Origin: an uncultured Verrucomicrobiae bacterium
GTDB taxonomy: Bacteria > Verrucomicrobiota > Verrucomicrobiia > Chthoniobacterales > JAFAMB01
Length of the DNA: 64,000 bases
Direction: 5' to 3'
NCBI GenBank assembly: GCA_963837955.1
Contig: CAWIPH010000002.1
Location: 1,088,001 to 1,152,000, forward strand
This document shows positions 62,224-64,000 of the stretch, piece after piece. The translations under genes were made by a program, and so were the position numbers. Position 1 is the first letter of the stretch, and every line of letters starts with the position of its first letter. Under the pieces are notes generated by a model that saw only the letters and a list, made by a program, of their open reading frames with translations, ran no database searches and had not been told where the DNA came from.

Positions 62224-62536
62224 TAGGGTCACCTATCTTATCTCCGGGTCCGACGCCGGCAGCACCTAACGTGAGTGTCGTCACCGTAGGCGCCACCTTT
62301 ATCGATTTTAAATGGAATCCTGTTCCGCTAGCCACGGGATACATTTTCCAAGCTCTAACCGTTGACTCTAACTTCAATATTTTGAGTAACGTTGCCTTCG
62401 TCACGCGAGGAACCGCTATCAAACTGACGGGCCTTGCTCCGAATACTACTTACATAATCTCAGCCTACGCCGTGAATGAGCACGGATCCGGCGTAGATAA
62501 TCTCCCCGCGATTACTACGGCTGCACATTAGTTAAC
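62207..62536 (+). repeat. ~330-bp direct repeat, copy 2 (intact FN3-like reading frame, orphaned)
   Basis: ASEMLIGSPILSPGPTPAAP..FKWNPV..GY..LTGLAPNTTYIISAYAVN in one frame, with no upstream protease. Confidence 0.93.
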
Positions 62537-62627
62537 GCGGGCGAGCAATTCGAGCGTCGCGCTCAGCCGGGGGCCGGCGCGATTGCGGGTAAACGGGCGC
62601 CGCTAACGCCAGGAGTTTACTCAGCTA

Positions 62628-62939
62628 TATGGCAAGGAATGCCTCGATCTGAAAGGCGTGGACTACGATGCAATCGCGATGCTCAATGTTAGCGCCGCCC
62701 AGGAGTTGGCTAAGAAGGTCGAAGCTCTGGAAGCCGAGAATGCGGAGCTCAAATCCCACACCCATAGACTTGCCACTCTTGAAGTCCGGACAGAAGCATT
62801 GGAAGCTGAGAATATCAGACTCAAGGCCGACCGCGATAAATTCGCCGCTCTGACCGCTCGGATGGAAGCGCTGGAGAAATCTGTTAGCTCTAAAAGAAGT
62901 GGCAGCGAAACCATCCGTCGCGTCGCTTTGAATCAATAG
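62628..62939 (+). pseudogene. C-terminal remnant of a peptidase S74 (intramolecular chaperone) / coiled-coil protein
   Basis: YGKECLDLKGVDYDAIAMLNVSAAQEL followed by EALEAEN heptads. Confidence 0.6.
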
Positions 62940-63172
62940 CGTCAGCAACCGGCGGATCACTCAGTGAAACGGCCTTCTGACGAGCGGCGCGCCGCTGGGG
63001 CTTGCCTCTTAAGCTAATGACTCAGCCGGACCCGAAAACAACGGCTGCGCGAATTCCGGGAGGCATCATTGAAGTTTTACGCCCTTCGTCTCGTCAGACG
63101 ATCGAGGAGTATTGCACTCAAGCGGTCCCCTTTTATCCGCTTGTACGAGCAAAATACTTCTGATCTCCAACT

Positions 63173-63349
63173 ATGAAATTAACGATCGAACTCGAAGAAC
63201 CGTACGCCAAAGAGCTGGAGCTACGGGCGTACAGAAGTGGCCAAACCGTCAAGGAGTACGTCGAAGAAAGCATGAGGGCGAACGTAGAAGCAGACATGTC
63301 GTTCGACGAAAAGACTGCCCTGCACAAGGAACTCGCCGAGAGAATTTGA
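63173..63349 (+). CDS. 58-aa ribbon-helix-helix/antitoxin-like protein (below ORF-track cutoff)
   Basis: MKLTIELEEPYAKELELRAYRSGQTVKEYVEESMRANVEADMSFDEKTALHKELAERI, with a strand-helix-G-helix pattern. Confidence 0.55.
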   Translation: MKLTIELEEPYAKELELRAYRSGQTVKEYVEESMRANVEADMSFDEKTALHKELAERI

Positions 63350-63504
63350 ACCCGCGGTAATGCGCTTCGGTCAATCCGCACCGTGCGGAATTTGATCTCG
63401 GTCCAGGCATTAAACCAGCCGGTCGAGAATCGCCACCAAAGCGGCAAGCAGAATCTCCTCCCGGACCTCTAGCCGGTCGGTGGTCCAGGCGAACTTGACG
63501 CCGA

Positions 63505-63759
63505 ATGAGGCTTGGGCGTTCCTTTCTGGTGTCGCTCAGAGGCTTACTTGCCCTAGTAGGATTGGCAATCGGCTTTGCTTTGTTTGCCACTCTGCTTTTC
63601 TCCGGCTGCGCAAACGGCCGGCAGCAAAAAACACCCGTGAGTACCCACGCGAGAGACCAGGGCGGTGTTCCACCAAGTTGGGTCGATTTTACAAAAGACC
63701 CGAGAGCTCAAACGGGCGACACGTACCCGCTGGGGCACAAGGGTCTTGGGACCCCTTGA
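63505..63759 (+). CDS. Small putative lipoprotein
   Basis: Hydrophobic leader ending in lipobox LFSGC. Confidence 0.5.
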   Translation: MRLGRSFLVSLRGLLALVGLAIGFALFATLLFSGCANGRQQKTPVSTHARDQGGVPPSWVDFTKDPRAQTGDTYPLGHKGLGTP

Positions 63760-63768
63760 TGCAATGCT

Positions 63769-63969
63769 ATGAAATTGCCTCGTGCGACGACCAACGCGGC
63801 AGATCTGCACCCGAGCGTTGTGGAGCTTGATGTGTTCCGCTTCCTTCCTACGTTACGAACTCTCCGAGAATCACAAATTACCGAATCGGCGGTGAACCGA
63901 CAGCATGAGGTCACGATAAAAGCTCTCGACGATCTGCGGGAACTAGTACATCCCGCCAAGAAGAAATAA
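63769..63969 (+). CDS. Small hypothetical protein
   Basis: 66-aa ATG ORF 9 nt after the lipoprotein gene; no motif recognised. Confidence 0.35.
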   Translation: MKLPRATTNAADLHPSVVELDVFRFLPTLRTLRESQITESAVNRQHEVTIKALDDLRELVHPAKKK

Positions 63970-64000
63970 CAAATCCACTGTGTTAGCTGTGGCTCACACT

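Noticed and set aside
1..64000. Anti-phage defence system, prophage, retron or secondary-metabolite cluster
   Set aside because: No nuclease, reverse transcriptase, integrase, phage structural gene or NRPS/PKS/RiPP machinery recognised; the HD protein and methyltransferase sit in ordinary contexts.

Overview
A 64-kb bacterial accessory region with no core housekeeping operons. A PEP-CTERM protein, a PVC-type HU and the repeat families suggest a soil Verrucomicrobia/PVC-type host; this is inference. Left to right it holds: (1) mocA-like, Zn-ADH and OxlT-like MFS genes, with an 18-unit 9-bp tandem repeat before the MFS gene; (2) an oxidative-stress block (oxyR with a clear OxyR box, catalase, ohr) among secreted proteins and REP-like repeats; (3) a TetR-controlled redox/detox array with a duplicated promoter-plus-leader module and a GC-rich cassette; (4) a ~12-kb GntR-regulated carbohydrate cluster; (5) a degenerate tRNA-Glu(CTC) beside an ISKra4-family element with 25/26-bp terminal inverted repeats; (6) a decayed zone of fused gene remnants; (7) an S53 protease, a PaoABC-like Mo-hydroxylase, an AKR and a second catalase, with a ~330-bp direct repeat bracketing the last three. 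The carbohydrate cluster is the best candidate for an undescribed system: it pairs inositol-type ABC uptake and two Gfo/Idh/MocA dehydrogenases with an SDR, M24 hydrolase, HpcH aldolase, VOC protein and OtnK/OtnC instead of canonical iolEDBC genes. Many 1-nt frameshifts sit in short homopolymers and may be sequencing errors. All family calls come from motif recognition by eye; no searches were run.
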